NCBI GenBank assembly: GCA_026986575.1
Contig: JALSOH010000004.1
Span: forward strand, 96,001 to 160,000
Source: Thermoproteota archaeon
Lineage (GTDB): Archaea; Korarchaeota; Korarchaeia; Korarchaeales; Korarchaeaceae
Reading direction: 5' to 3'
Length of the DNA: 64,000 nucleotides
Shown here: one piece after another, positions 7,173 through 17,344 of the stretch
How positions within the stretch are numbered: position 1 is the stretch's first letter
How the letters are laid out: each line of letters starts with the position of its first letter
Notes under the pieces: model-generated
Told to the model about the DNA's origin: nothing
Database searches by the model: none
The model's input: the letters and a program-made list of their open reading frames with translations, nothing else
Made by a program: the position numbers and the translations under genes

Positions 7173-10007
7173 TTGGGTGTGGAGTCTCTCTTCAGAAAAA
7201 TCGATGAAGTCAGATGGGAGCTTCCTAAAGGGTTTAAACCCGGAATGAGGGTTCCCGGGCTGGTCTTCGCCAGTGAGAAGCTGATGAGGCAGATAGAGAG
7301 GGGAGCTGTGGAGCAGCTGGCTAATGTAGCAACTCTCCCCGGCATTTACAAGTATTCGATAGCTATGCCAGACATACATGAGGGTTACGGGTTCCCCATA
7401 GGGGGGGTGGCCGCCTTCGACGCTTATGAAGGGGTAATAAGCCCCGGAGGCGTGGGCTTTGACATCAACTGCCTCTCCCCGGACTCGGAGATACTGACGG
7501 AGCATGGCTTCAGGATAAGGCTCTCGGACCTCCCCAAGAAGCCCCACGGCCTCAGGGTCTATGATGCCGAGGAGGGTCACAACGATTACTCGGACCTGCT
7601 CTTCGTGGCCGTGAGGGAGGCCGATGAGTTCGCGATCAGGCTGATCACTGAGTCGGGCCGCTCCCTCGAAGGCAGTGCAGATCACCCCATCCTGACCCCC
7701 GAAGGTTACAGGCAGATGGGGGAGCTGAGGGCCGGCGATTCCATCGTCGTGTACCCGTTCGAGGGCGTGGAGTACGAGGAGAGGAGCGGGGTGCTGCTCG
7801 ATGAGAGCGTCTTCGAGGATCATCAGGTGAGGAGGTACCTGAGGGAGAGGGGCCTGATCCCGCTGCGCTGGGAGGACCCGAGGATCGGTACGATAGCGAG
7901 GCTGCTTGGCTTCGCGATGGGGGACGGCCACCTCGGGGAGATGTCAGGGAGGCTTCACATCTCCTTCTACGGCCTGAAGGATACGCTGGAGGAGGTGTGG
8001 AGGGATCTGAAGAGGCTGGGAGTGAGCGCGAGCCTTTACACGAGGAGGGGCGATAACTCGGAGCTCAGGGTGGCCAGCAGGTCCTTCGCCCTGCTGATGG
8101 AGAGGCTCGGGATGCCCAAGGGTAAGAAATCGGAGGTCCCCTTCTCGGTCCCGGAGTGGATAAGGGAGGCGCCCCTCTGGGTGAAGAGGAACTTTCTGGC
8201 TGGCCTCTTCGGGGCTGACGGTAGCGCACCCATCTTCAAGAGGTACACGCCCCTCCCGATACACCTCACCCAGCACAAGAGGTCCGGGCTTGAGGACAGC
8301 CTCCTGGGCTACCTGAAGGACGTAGCGGACCTGCTCAGGGAGTTCGGTATATCGAGCCTCATATACAGGATAGAAACTGTAGAGGGAAGCGTCTCATACA
8401 GGCTCGTGATAGAGGGGGACGAGAACATAAGGAACTTCCTAGGAAGGGTGGGCTACGAGTACGATCCGAGGAAGAAGGAGAGGGGTCTCTGGGCCTATGC
8501 ATACCTCGTCAGAAAGGAAAGGGTGAAGGAGATCAGGCGTGAGGCGGCAGAGAGGGCCAGAGAGGTCCACAGGAGGACGGGAAGCCTGAAGAAAGCCTAC
8601 GAATCCGTGAAGGGTATGGTGAACAGGAGGTTCGTCGAGCGCTCCCTCTACTACCCGGCGGGAGACGCTAGGCCCCCGAAGGGGTTCCCGACCTTCGAGG
8701 AGTTCGTCGATGCCTATGGGCTGAGGGGTGGCATGGTCATTGAGAGGGTCAAGAGGGTCGAGAGGATGAGGCCCTCCTACAGGGAGTTCTACGATGTCGG
8801 TGTCGAGCACAGGGCCCACAACTTCGTGGCCAACGGGATGATCGTCCATAACTGTGGGGTCAGGCTGATAAGGACTGATCTGAGCGAGAATGAGGTCAGG
8901 CCAAAGCTGAGGCAGTTGGTAGACACACTATTCGCTAATGTCCCCTCGGGATTGGGCAGCAGGGGCAAGTTAAGGTTGACTCCCCAGCAGCTCGACGAGG
9001 TCATCCTGATGGGAGCACGATGGGCTGTGGAACACGGTTATGGGTGGGAGAAGGACTTGGAGCACGCTGAGGAAGGGGGGATGATGGAGGGAGCCGATCC
9101 CTCCGTGATAAGTAGGAGGGCCAAGGAGAGAGGTGCCCCTCAGCTGGGAACGTTGGGGAGCGGTAACCACTTCTTGGAGGTTCAGGTGGTCGACAAGATA
9201 TACGATCCGGAGGTGGCGAAGGTCATGGGCATAACCCACGAGGGGCAGATCACAGCCATGGTCCACACCGGAAGCAGGGGATTCGGGCATCAAGTGGCCG
9301 ACGATTACCTCAGACTCATGCTCTCCAATATCAGGAACTTGGACTTCAGGCTCCCTGATAAGCAGCTGATATGCGCTTATGCCAACACTGAACTGGCTCA
9401 GAGGTACTTCAAGGCCATGAGGGGAGCGGCGAATTATGCCTGGGCTAACAGGCAGATGATAACCAACTGGGTCAGGGAATCCTTCGAAAAAGTTTTCGGG
9501 AGGAGCGCTGAGGATATGGGCATGTGGCTAGTCTATGATGTTGCCCACAACATAGCAAAGCTGGAGGAGCATGACGTAGATGGGAAAAGGGTGAAGGTCT
9601 ACGTACACAGGAAAGGGGCTACCAGGTCCTTCCCGCCAGGTCATCCAGCGGTACCCAGCGACTACAGGGACATTGGCCAGCCGGTGCTCATTCCCGGATC
9701 TCAGGGAACGGCCTCCTATCTCATGGTGGGCACCCATCAGGCGATGAGCGAGTCCTTCGGGACCACCGCACACGGCGCTGGCAGGGTTATGAGCAGGGCA
9801 AGGGCTAAGAGGATATATAGGGGGACGCAGATAGTCCAGATGCTCGCTCAAAGGGGAATAATAGTCAAGCCAGCTTCCTTCGCAGTGGCTGCGGAGGAGG
9901 CACCGGGCGCGTACAAGGATGTGGATGAAGTAGTGAATGTCACCCATCGCGCCGGCATAGCCAAGCTCGTCGCGAGGCTCAGGCCCATAGGTGTCGTCAA
10001 AGGATAG
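7173..10007 (+). CDS. rtcB: tRNA-splicing ligase RtcB, interrupted by an intein
   Basis: MPDIHEGYGFPIGG, GFDIN|C, GTLGSGNHFLE, HTGSRG, HRKGAT, HGAGR, AYKD. Confidence 0.97.
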   Translation: MGVESLFRKIDEVRWELPKGFKPGMRVPGLVFASEKLMRQIERGAVEQLANVATLPGIYKYSIAMPDIHEGYGFPIGGVAAFDAYEGVISPGGVGFDINCLSPDSEILTEHGFRIRLSDLPKKPHGLRVYDAEEGHNDYSDLLFVAVREADEFAIRLITESGRSLEGSADHPILTPEGYRQMGELRAGDSIVVYPFEGVEYEERSGVLLDESVFEDHQVRRYLRERGLIPLRWEDPRIGTIARLLGFAMGDGHLGEMSGRLHISFYGLKDTLEEVWRDLKRLGVSASLYTRRGDNSELRVASRSFALLMERLGMPKGKKSEVPFSVPEWIREAPLWVKRNFLAGLFGADGSAPIFKRYTPLPIHLTQHKRSGLEDSLLGYLKDVADLLREFGISSLIYRIETVEGSVSYRLVIEGDENIRNFLGRVGYEYDPRKKERGLWAYAYLVRKERVKEIRREAAERAREVHRRTGSLKKAYESVKGMVNRRFVERSLYYPAGDARPPKGFPTFEEFVDAYGLRGGMVIERVKRVERMRPSYREFYDVGVEHRAHNFVANGMIVHNCGVRLIRTDLSENEVRPKLRQLVDTLFANVPSGLGSRGKLRLTPQQLDEVILMGARWAVEHGYGWEKDLEHAEEGGMMEGADPSVISRRAKERGAPQLGTLGSGNHFLEVQVVDKIYDPEVAKVMGITHEGQITAMVHTGSRGFGHQVADDYLRLMLSNIRNLDFRLPDKQLICAYANTELAQRYFKAMRGAANYAWANRQMITNWVRESFEKVFGRSAEDMGMWLVYDVAHNIAKLEEHDVDGKRVKVYVHRKGATRSFPPGHPAVPSDYRDIGQPVLIPGSQGTASYLMVGTHQAMSESFGTTAHGAGRVMSRARAKRIYRGTQIVQMLAQRGIIVKPASFAVAAEEAPGAYKDVDEVVNVTHRAGIAKLVARLRPIGVVKG
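7470..8852 (+). mobile_element. Intein with LAGLIDADG homing endonuclease in rtcB (461 aa)
   Basis: Begins CLSPDSEI, block B SADHPIL, LLGFAMGDG and FLAGLFGADG, ends FVANGMIVHN|C. Confidence 0.95.
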
Positions 10008-10040
10008 ATCAATTTATTATACTCCCACCCTTTTCTCTCC

Positions 10041-10775
10041 TTGGTGTTGGATTTGAGCGGTAAAGCGTTTCTCCTAGTGGATCTCACGGTAAAGGACGCG
10101 AGGGAGGGTAAGATATACCAGACGACTGTGGAGGAGACAGCCAAGGAGTCTGGAATATACGACGAGAGGTCTGTGTACCTGCCAGTACTTGTGATACCTG
10201 GAGAGGCTGACCTCTTCCCCAAGGTGATGGAAGCACTGAAAGATCTTAACGAAGGTGAGAGTTTCGAGGTCAAATTAAGTCCTGAAGATGCATACGGCCC
10301 CTACGACAGGGGAAAGGTCAGGGTGTTCTCGGTAAAGAGGCTGGAGAGGGAGGGTATCCAGCCTCAGATCGGGGCGACTGTCTACGTGGACGGGCAGAGA
10401 GGGGTAATTCAGTCAATTACCGGTGGGAGGGTGACCATAGACTTCAACCATCCCTTGGCGGGCAGGGAACTGGTGGTGTCCGGGAAGGTGGTCAGGAAGA
10501 TAGAGAACGACTTGGAGAAGGTAAGGGCTATAGTGGCGGACTCCTTCGACGTGCCCTTAGAGGACATAAAAGTCGAGGAGGTGGAGGAGGGCGTGGTGAC
10601 CGTAGAGCTTCCTTCCAAGGCATACGTGCTGAGGGATGCCTACTCTAGGAAGATAAGGTCCCTCTCCCTGATAATGAGACATGTCAAAAGTGTTAAGAAG
10701 GTCCGCTTCCTAGAGGAGTTCGAAATCCCCAAGAAGGAGTCGGAGGCTGAAGGGTCTCAAACTCGAGAGTCCTGA
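10041..10775 (+). CDS. FKBP-type peptidyl-prolyl isomerase (long SlyD type)
   Basis: PEDAYG, GRVTIDFNHPLAG. Confidence 0.92.
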   Translation: MVLDLSGKAFLLVDLTVKDAREGKIYQTTVEETAKESGIYDERSVYLPVLVIPGEADLFPKVMEALKDLNEGESFEVKLSPEDAYGPYDRGKVRVFSVKRLEREGIQPQIGATVYVDGQRGVIQSITGGRVTIDFNHPLAGRELVVSGKVVRKIENDLEKVRAIVADSFDVPLEDIKVEEVEEGVVTVELPSKAYVLRDAYSRKIRSLSLIMRHVKSVKKVRFLEEFEIPKKESEAEGSQTRES

Positions 10776-10788
10776 TTGGAGGTTGAGA

Positions 10789-11232
10789 TCACCTGACCTC
10801 AACCTCGTATATCTTGAAGCCAGCCACCTTTGAGCAACCGGATAGGGGGCCAACCTCTCTCACGATCTTTATTTTGTCTCCGGGCACGATCCCCTCCGGG
10901 TTGCAGTACGGATAATTCTTGCATGAGATATCCTCACACTCCATCCCTTTATACTGCATCGTGACGCCCTCTATGAGGCCAGAAGGTAGAGCGACGAGAA
11001 TATGGGCCTTCCTCAGGGTAGCCAGCACAACTTCACCGTGTAGCGGGCAGGAGAACCTCTTCTTCCTGTTAACCTCCACGACCTCGTATATCCTGCCCAT
11101 CTCCAATCCATCAACGCACGCTGACCTCAGCTTGCAGGTCTTACACGATTCTGATATCCCCTCGAAGGTGAATTTGAACCCTCTTTTAGCTAGAGAGGAC
11201 GGTACCAAGCCCACTCTTTCCCCATCAGTCAT
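10789..11232 (-). CDS. UPF0179 family protein
   Basis: C..C.L...C..LE.GR.YEV...CPLH..C....C..Y..C.PEG pattern. Confidence 0.8.
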   Translation of the reverse strand: MTDGERVGLVPSSLAKRGFKFTFEGISESCKTCKLRSACVDGLEMGRIYEVVEVNRKKRFSCPLHGEVVLATLRKAHILVALPSGLIEGVTMQYKGMECEDISCKNYPYCNPEGIVPGDKIKIVREVGPLSGCSKVAGFKIYEVEVR

Positions 11233-11326
11233 TTAAGTGCACCGATGCTGATTCAGCGGAATCCTTTTAATTCGATTGCCCCCAGTGAAAGGGGATAGCT
11301 ACTTAGCCTCACCTAAAGGTGGTTCT

Positions 11327-12004
11327 ATGTTCCATGATGTTAGGACTGGAGGGGCACATGCTGATGTCCCCGAGCAGCTAGAGAAGCTGCTGAAGGGAAC
11401 TACGACCGTTGGCGTCAAGTTCAGGGATGGGGTGATAATAGCCTCGGATAAGAGGGCTACGAGTGGTACCTTCGTCGCCAGCAAGAGCGCCGTCAAGACC
11501 ATACAGTTGACTGACTACGCGGTCGCTACCATTTCAGGGCTGGTCGCTGACGGGCAGTACCTAGTCAATCACGTAAAGGCCATGGCTGAACTCTATCAGT
11601 TGGATATGGAGAGGCCGCTGAACTTGAAGGGCATGGCGAAGCTCCTATCTGTGATGTTGAGGAATTACAGACCGTATTTCCTAATGGCCCACTTAATAGT
11701 GGGGGGCATAGACAGGGAGGGCCCGCATCTATTCAATGTGGACTTCTTCGGGACTTTGACCGAGGAGGATTATCTAGCCACGGGTTCTGGATCTCCCGTC
11801 GCCATTTCAGTCATTGAGGAGGGGTACTCTCCGGATATGGATAAGGAGCGCGCACTAAAGCTCGTCATCTCTGGAATGATAGCTGCTCTCTCTAGGGACT
11901 CGGCTACCGGGGATGGAATTGACGTAGTAGTCATAGACAGAGGTGGCGTGAGGTTCCTCTCTAGGGAGGAGATCACTGAGTTGTGGAAGGAGCTTTCGGG
12001 ATGA
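11327..12004 (+). CDS. psmB: Proteasome beta subunit
   Basis: Propeptide then LKG|TTTVG, ASDKRAT, ATGSGS, RDSATGDG. Confidence 0.96.
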   Translation: MFHDVRTGGAHADVPEQLEKLLKGTTTVGVKFRDGVIIASDKRATSGTFVASKSAVKTIQLTDYAVATISGLVADGQYLVNHVKAMAELYQLDMERPLNLKGMAKLLSVMLRNYRPYFLMAHLIVGGIDREGPHLFNVDFFGTLTEEDYLATGSGSPVAISVIEEGYSPDMDKERALKLVISGMIAALSRDSATGDGIDVVVIDRGGVRFLSREEITELWKELSG

Positions 12005-12014
12005 GGGTGTCTGA

Positions 12015-13910
12015 TTGCAGCCCGTAGAGCAGCTGAAAAGGAGGGTGAGGGAATACCTCTCCCAGTACGCAAAGATAACCAAGGTCGATTTGGAGGGACC
12101 TTTCGTCGTCGTTTACGCGGAGGATCCTAGGGAGATATTGGATATACCTGACGCCATCACTAACGCCGCGAAGACCCTGAAGAAGAAGATCATAGTGCTG
12201 GCATCGAAACCCTTAAAGGACGAGAATGCCACCATAGAGTTCATAAGGAAGCTAGTTCCTCAGAAAGCTGAGATAATTGATATAAAATTTGTTCAGGAGA
12301 CGAACGAGGTGTACATAATTGCTAAGCGGACGGGTTACGTCGTAGGGAAGGGCGGTTCTAACATACTGGAGATCCTGAAGGAGACTGGATGGAGACCCAT
12401 CATAATAAGGGCTCCCACAATAAAATCGGCCTTCTTGGAGACTTTCTACAACATCTTGATCTCAGGATCTGTTGAGAGGAAGAGAATCCTCAAAAGGCTC
12501 TCCTCTAGGATATATAGGCCCCCAGTGGGAGCTGATAGGGGCCTGTTCATTACATTTTTGGGGGCGGCTAGGGAGGTGGGCAGAAGCGCCATCCTAGTTC
12601 ACACGGATGAGAGCACCGTGCTCCTAGATAGTGGGATAAGTGTGGGTGGTAGAAATCCCTTCCCGAGATTCGACCTTCCCATATTCAGGCTGGAGGAACT
12701 CGATGCCGTGGTGGTGACCCACGCTCACCTCGATCATTCCGGAGCCCTGCCCCTCCTGTTCAAGTATGGATACAGGGGTCCAGTTTATCTGACGAAACCG
12801 ACCAGAGACCTGATAATGCTCCTGCTCTATGATTACCTGAACCTCTCCCAGAAGATGGGGATAACACCCTTCTTCTCGTGGAGGGATGTTGTGAACCTGA
12901 TGAACCACATGATTACCTTGGATTACGGGGAGACTGTCGACATATCCCCTGACATAAAACTCACCCTCTACAATGCTGGGCACATACTGGGTTCGAGCTT
13001 GGCCCACCTCAACATAGAGAGCTCCAAGCATAACATCCTCTACACCGGAGATTTCAGATACAGGGACACCAAGCTATTGGATAAGGCTATGAGGAGGTTC
13101 CCGAGGGTGGAAACCCTCATAATGGAGTGCACATACTGTGGGGAGAGGGATGTGCTGCCCAGCCTCAGGGAGGCCGAGGAAGCACTCTTTTCCATAATAA
13201 GGGAGACGGCTGAGAGAGGAGGGAAGGTTCTCATTCCCGCCTTGGCTGTGGGGAGGGCCCAGGAAATAATGCTCTCCTTAGTAGATGGGTTCCGCAGGGA
13301 TGTACTCCCAGACATACCGGTTTACCTAGATGGTATGATCTATGACTCGACAGCGATCCATTCAGCCTATCCGGACTATCTCTCATCCTACGTCAGGAAC
13401 AGGGTCTTCAAGGAGGACAGGGATCCCTTCACCGATCCCCATTTCAACTTCATCGGTGGGCCCGATGAGAGGCCCGATGTGACCACTGGCGGGCCTGCTG
13501 TGATTATAGCTCCGTCGGGAATGCTCACCGGAGGTCCCAGTGTCGAGTATCTGAGGCTCATGGCACCGAATGAGGATAACTCCATAGTGCTGGTGAGCTA
13601 TCAGGCCGAGGGAACCTTGGGTAGGAGGATAAGGGACGGAGCTAGGGAGATCAGGGTGCCCAACGAGGAAGGTGAGATAGTCACGGTCGAGGTGAGGGCC
13701 AAGGTTCATGTCGTCGAGGGGTTCTCGGCTCATGCCGACAAGGTACAGCTCCTTACCTACCTGAATACAGTTGAGCCTAGACCGCACAGGGTCTTCCTAG
13801 TGCACGGAGAGGAGAGCAAAATAAGATCGTTCATCCCTCTAGCCCACAAGAGTATAGGCGGGATGAGGTTCTCCGCCCCCCACATAGGAGAGACGTTCAA
13901 ACTGGCTTGA
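12015..13910 (+). CDS. fttA: Beta-CASP ribonuclease aCPSF1 (FttA)
   Basis: N-terminal KH domains, GAAREVGRS, THAHLDH, AGHILG, FSAHAD. Confidence 0.95.
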   Translation: MQPVEQLKRRVREYLSQYAKITKVDLEGPFVVVYAEDPREILDIPDAITNAAKTLKKKIIVLASKPLKDENATIEFIRKLVPQKAEIIDIKFVQETNEVYIIAKRTGYVVGKGGSNILEILKETGWRPIIIRAPTIKSAFLETFYNILISGSVERKRILKRLSSRIYRPPVGADRGLFITFLGAAREVGRSAILVHTDESTVLLDSGISVGGRNPFPRFDLPIFRLEELDAVVVTHAHLDHSGALPLLFKYGYRGPVYLTKPTRDLIMLLLYDYLNLSQKMGITPFFSWRDVVNLMNHMITLDYGETVDISPDIKLTLYNAGHILGSSLAHLNIESSKHNILYTGDFRYRDTKLLDKAMRRFPRVETLIMECTYCGERDVLPSLREAEEALFSIIRETAERGGKVLIPALAVGRAQEIMLSLVDGFRRDVLPDIPVYLDGMIYDSTAIHSAYPDYLSSYVRNRVFKEDRDPFTDPHFNFIGGPDERPDVTTGGPAVIIAPSGMLTGGPSVEYLRLMAPNEDNSIVLVSYQAEGTLGRRIRDGAREIRVPNEEGEIVTVEVRAKVHVVEGFSAHADKVQLLTYLNTVEPRPHRVFLVHGEESKIRSFIPLAHKSIGGMRFSAPHIGETFKLA

Positions 13911-13931
13911 GCAACGCCTAAAAAGATGGAG

Positions 13932-14336
13932 TCACTCGGGACTGCGCCATATCTCCACGAACCTAGGGACTATCAGTATGGGAGGATAGCCCCTATCCCT
14001 TATCAGCACCAAGTCCCCACCCATCTCAAGAACCCTTTCCTTCAGCCTCTGTATGATGAACCTCAGCTTCTCCTCACCCTCAGCAGCCAAGTCATCGTAT
14101 CTCAGAAGAATTATATTGCCCTCGCTTATCTCATTGAGAACCTGCTCTACGTCCTCAGCGTTTCTCAGGCTCATAGGCTTTACAGTTATCGCCTTCTCAG
14201 CTAGAACTTTGGCCTTCGCCGGTTCTACCTCATAATCTAGATCTTCGTACTCGATCTCCTCCTCATATCCCTCTTCAGGGTACTCTTCCTCGTACTCCTC
14301 CTCTCCCCTTCCGAAGAGCTTTCTGAAGAAACCCAA
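13932..14336 (-). CDS. sepF: Cell division protein SepF
   Basis: Amphipathic N-terminus GFFRKLFG, acidic linker, EGNIILL...GGDL..ILIVP. Confidence 0.85.
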   Translation of the reverse strand: MGFFRKLFGRGEEEYEEEYPEEGYEEEIEYEDLDYEVEPAKAKVLAEKAITVKPMSLRNAEDVEQVLNEISEGNIILLRYDDLAAEGEEKLRFIIQRLKERVLEMGGDLVLIRDRGYPPILIVPRFVEIWRSPE

Positions 14337-14594
14337 AGTACAACCCCCACGAACTTGCTTCGATAATCCCACCTCAACACATATTTAAAGACTACTCGAC
14401 TGGGGGCATGAAAAGAGGATTTTCCTTTCCCCGATCGCTTTATATGGGGATAGGAGGGAATTTTCAACGGTGGTCCATTTACAGGGAGCTAATAGTACTG
14501 GCAAGTCCCGCGGATCCGATCTCGAATATCGCATCCAAAACCTATTTAAAAGGGAAATGCCCCCTTATTCAATGAACCAACGAGGGGAACTGAC

Positions 14595-14843
14595 ATGTCC
14601 AGCGCCATGAGATACCTCTCCAAGAGCGTTAACACAAACATCTTGGTATCCTTGAAGAATGGCATATTCGTTAGGGGGATATTGAGGGCCTACGACAACC
14701 ATCTCAACCTCATCTTGGATAACGCTGAGGAGATATATACCACCCCCGATGGGGAGACTAAGCAAAACAGCATAGGTAAGAGGGTTTTAATAAGGGGAGA
14801 CAACGTGATCGCCATATCCACACCGAAGATAGAGATGGAGTGA
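14595..14843 (+). CDS. Sm-like protein (Lsm/SmAP)
   Basis: [20 protein letters not shown]. Confidence 0.93.
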   Translation: MSSAMRYLSKSVNTNILVSLKNGIFVRGILRAYDNHLNLILDNAEEIYTTPDGETKQNSIGKRVLIRGDNVIAISTPKIEME

Positions 14844-14856
14844 GGGGGGTACTGTT

Positions 14857-15048
14857 ATGGTGAAGGGAACACCGTCAATGGGTAGAAGGGGCAGGGGCAA
14901 GACCCACATCAGGTGCAGGAGGTGCGGACGGCACTCGTACAATGTAAGAAAGGGTTACTGTGCAGCGTGTGGTTTTGGAAGGAGTAAGAGGATGAGAAGG
15001 TACGAGTGGGCCAACAAGGTGAGGTGGAAGGGCTTAAGGGTTGTATAA
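14857..15048 (+). CDS. rpl37e: 50S ribosomal protein L37e
   Basis: [23 protein letters not shown]. Confidence 0.97.
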   Translation: MVKGTPSMGRRGRGKTHIRCRRCGRHSYNVRKGYCAACGFGRSKRMRRYEWANKVRWKGLRVV

Positions 15049-15144
15049 CCCTCAATGACTGTTCAATCGGTTCACCCCTCTCTTGAGGGAGCGCCTCACG
15101 CGCAGAGAAAAGGTTAAAATTCCCATGCCATCCATGATGGTTCG

Positions 15145-15220
15145 GGGCCGGTGGCGCAGCTGGTAGCGCGCCCGCTTGGCATGCGGGAGGTCGGGGGTTC
15201 GAGTCCCCCCCGGTCCACCA
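15145..15220 (+). tRNA. tRNA-Ala(GGC), CCA encoded
   Basis: cccgc-tt-GGC-at-gcggg; G3-U70. Confidence 0.95.
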
Positions 15221-15227
15221 TTTAACT

Positions 15228-15299
15228 GCCGGGGTAGCTCAGGGGGAGAGCGTCCGGCTGAAGACCGGAAGGTCGAGGGTTCAAATCCCTCCCCCGGCA
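15228..15299 (+). tRNA. tRNA-Phe(GAA)
   Basis: tccgg-ct-GAA-ga-ccgga. Confidence 0.95.
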
Positions 15300-15317
15300 C
15301 TCCTTAGGGATGGTAGT

Positions 15318-16049
15318 ATGAGAAGAAATCGCGTCTCCGATTATCTCCTTAGTTCGCTGAAGAGCTACTTCGGCAGTGAAGTTGGGGAGAGACTAGCTGA
15401 TCTACTCTCCAAGACGGGAATCACCTGCTTCGATGATCTGGCCGGAGATGTTCCCGAGGAGATATTGGAGCTTGCGGAGGTAGATAGGGCTTCTTTCATG
15501 GGATTTCTCGACGAGTACGGACCTCAGGCTATTATCAAATTGAAGAGTGAATTATCTGACCTGAGCTCTAAGATCAGCGATTTGGAATCTCAGCTCAAGT
15601 GGGCTCGGGAGAGGATATTGAGCGATGTGGGCACTAGGACTTCAAGGAGGGCTAACCTGAGGAGGGAGATAGAGGCGGCGATGGGCATATTGGACACACT
15701 AGCTGGATCTGTCAGATTATGCTGTGAGCCTCATAGCTCGATAGGGGAAGAGAGGGCAAGGAACTACGCCGAGGTGCTTGATGGGGTAATTCAAAGGTTG
15801 CGTAATATTTCGACTGATCTAGGAGAGCTGGAACCTATTCTAAGGGGCTTGGAGAACATAAAGTCGTTAATGGAGCAGCGACCAGTAGCTGATGATCTAT
15901 ACCACTTAATCTCTTACTCAGTGTCCTCCCTGTCGGATCTGATGAGACTTGTCGCGGAAGACAATTCGGAAAGTAAGGTGCTGTTATGGGAGAATATCCT
16001 CCTCAAGAGCGAATTAATCTCGGCGCTGTGCAGAAAAAGGGACCGTTAG
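15318..16049 (+). CDS. Hypothetical coiled-coil protein
   Basis: 243-aa ORF with heptad-like LKSELSDLSSKISDLESQL. Confidence 0.6.
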   Translation: MRRNRVSDYLLSSLKSYFGSEVGERLADLLSKTGITCFDDLAGDVPEEILELAEVDRASFMGFLDEYGPQAIIKLKSELSDLSSKISDLESQLKWARERILSDVGTRTSRRANLRREIEAAMGILDTLAGSVRLCCEPHSSIGEERARNYAEVLDGVIQRLRNISTDLGELEPILRGLENIKSLMEQRPVADDLYHLISYSVSSLSDLMRLVAEDNSESKVLLWENILLKSELISALCRKRDR

Positions 16050-16330
16050 TCCCTTATCCTCTCCAAGAGGCCGATTATTAGGAGGATCTCGGACCTAGTC
16101 GGGAAGGGCATGTTAATATCATTTACTATCTCATTCAGGATAGAAATGGCCTTATTGGCCCTTACCCCGTAGCTAAAGTTCTCATCTCTGAGAGCCTCGA
16201 TTGCTTCGGTCGTAGCCCTCCTTATATTCCTTGGGACGCTTCTATCCTGAGAAATCTTATCAAGCCTTTGTATGGCCTCTGATAGGAACTGCTCATACTC
16301 CTTAATCTTCTGGGACTTCTTGGTGGCCAT
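16046..16330 (-). CDS. UPF0147 family protein
   Basis: D.SVPRNIRRA, DINMP..TR; ggaggtg SD before ATG 16330. Confidence 0.88.
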   Translation of the reverse strand: MATKKSQKIKEYEQFLSEAIQRLDKISQDRSVPRNIRRATTEAIEALRDENFSYGVRANKAISILNEIVNDINMPFPTRSEILLIIGLLERIRD

Positions 16331-16425
16331 AACAATCACCTCCGAATCAAGCAGACTCCTGTAGGATCGCACCTCATCGACTTAAAAAATTATTACCTAA
16401 GCGATTAAGCTAAGGGGATCACTCG

Positions 16426-16812
16426 ATGTCGGGGAGCCTGGGGCCGGAGGAGAGAAGTAGAAAGCTTGCGGAGGCTCTGCTTAAGGGATGGAAGATGCTC
16501 CCCGAGACCTGTCCCGTCTGCGGATCTCCTCTCTTCGAAACCCCCGGTGGAGAGGTTGTCTGTGCAGTATGTGGGACTAAGGTCATCTTGGTAAGTTCGG
16601 AAGAAGAGGTGAGGATAGAGGAACAGAGGTTAGTGATGGAGAGAATAATGAGGGATCTAATAAGGCATCTGGACAGGATAATCCATGAGGCAGGTGAGGA
16701 ACTGAGTGACGACGACTTATTGAGGATAAATTCTCTACTGGAGGCGATCGAGAAGGCCAGCTCTATCTACAGGAGCTTATCTCGTCAGGAAAGGAGGCGT
16801 AAACTATCTTAG
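16426..16812 (+). CDS. UPF0148 / autoantigen p27-like zinc-ribbon protein
   Basis: LLKGWKML..TCPVCGSPLF...CAVCG. Confidence 0.85.
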   Translation: MSGSLGPEERSRKLAEALLKGWKMLPETCPVCGSPLFETPGGEVVCAVCGTKVILVSSEEEVRIEEQRLVMERIMRDLIRHLDRIIHEAGEELSDDDLLRINSLLEAIEKASSIYRSLSRQERRRKLS

Positions 16813-17260
16813 ATTCCCAGCTAGACTCTTGGGCCTTTTCCATGATTTTAGAGATCAGTTCGTCGTACCCGATCCTAGATAAACCCTTCTCGAGTTTCAA
16901 TGAGACCAACGCACCTCTCTCGACCCCCCGAACATTCATCAAATAGATGTCTCTCTTGAGGTGGATGGCCCTCCCCCCACTTATGTAATAGTATCCTAAT
17001 GTCACCCTAAACCTGTGAGTCTCTCCTATGGGATCCTCAGGACCGTGGAGAATCTTTATGACATGTTTAACTGCGTTCCCACCTTGAAAGGGGGATGGTT
17101 TTCCTCCTTCTTCTAGTAGAACCACCTCGTAGGACACATAACCCTTCTTCACTTGGGGGGTAGAGCCTGACCAGAGCTCCCTCTCCTCGTGGGTCCCGTG
17201 AAGTCTCGATAGCCCTATCAGGGTCATTGACAGAACCTTCCTGCAGCTCTCTCCGCACAC
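16763..17260 (-). CDS. Hypothetical protein (start uncertain)
   Basis: Longest ORF filling the gap; no confident motif. Confidence 0.5.
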   Translation of the reverse strand: MCGESCRKVLSMTLIGLSRLHGTHEERELWSGSTPQVKKGYVSYEVVLLEEGGKPSPFQGGNAVKHVIKILHGPEDPIGETHRFRVTLGYYYISGGRAIHLKRDIYLMNVRGVERGALVSLKLEKGLSRIGYDELISKIMEKAQESSWESKIVYASFPDEISSCR

Positions 17261-17344
17261 TAGGAACTCCTTACCTAATATGGGGAACCCCCGCTCTACA
17301 ACTAAGCCTCTAAGTTAAAAATGGTTCCCGGCAACCCCGGCACA

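Noticed and set aside
7152-9947. Long antisense ORFs opposite rtcB
   Set aside because: Shadow frames of a GC3-rich gene with no recognisable motifs.
14460-15110. Possible sRNAs in spacers at 14460-14535 and 15050-15110
   Set aside because: Hairpins are present but no convincing C/D or H/ACA box set or target was found.
16763-17260. CYTH/adenylate cyclase-like call
   Set aside because: No clear ExExK motif; left as hypothetical.
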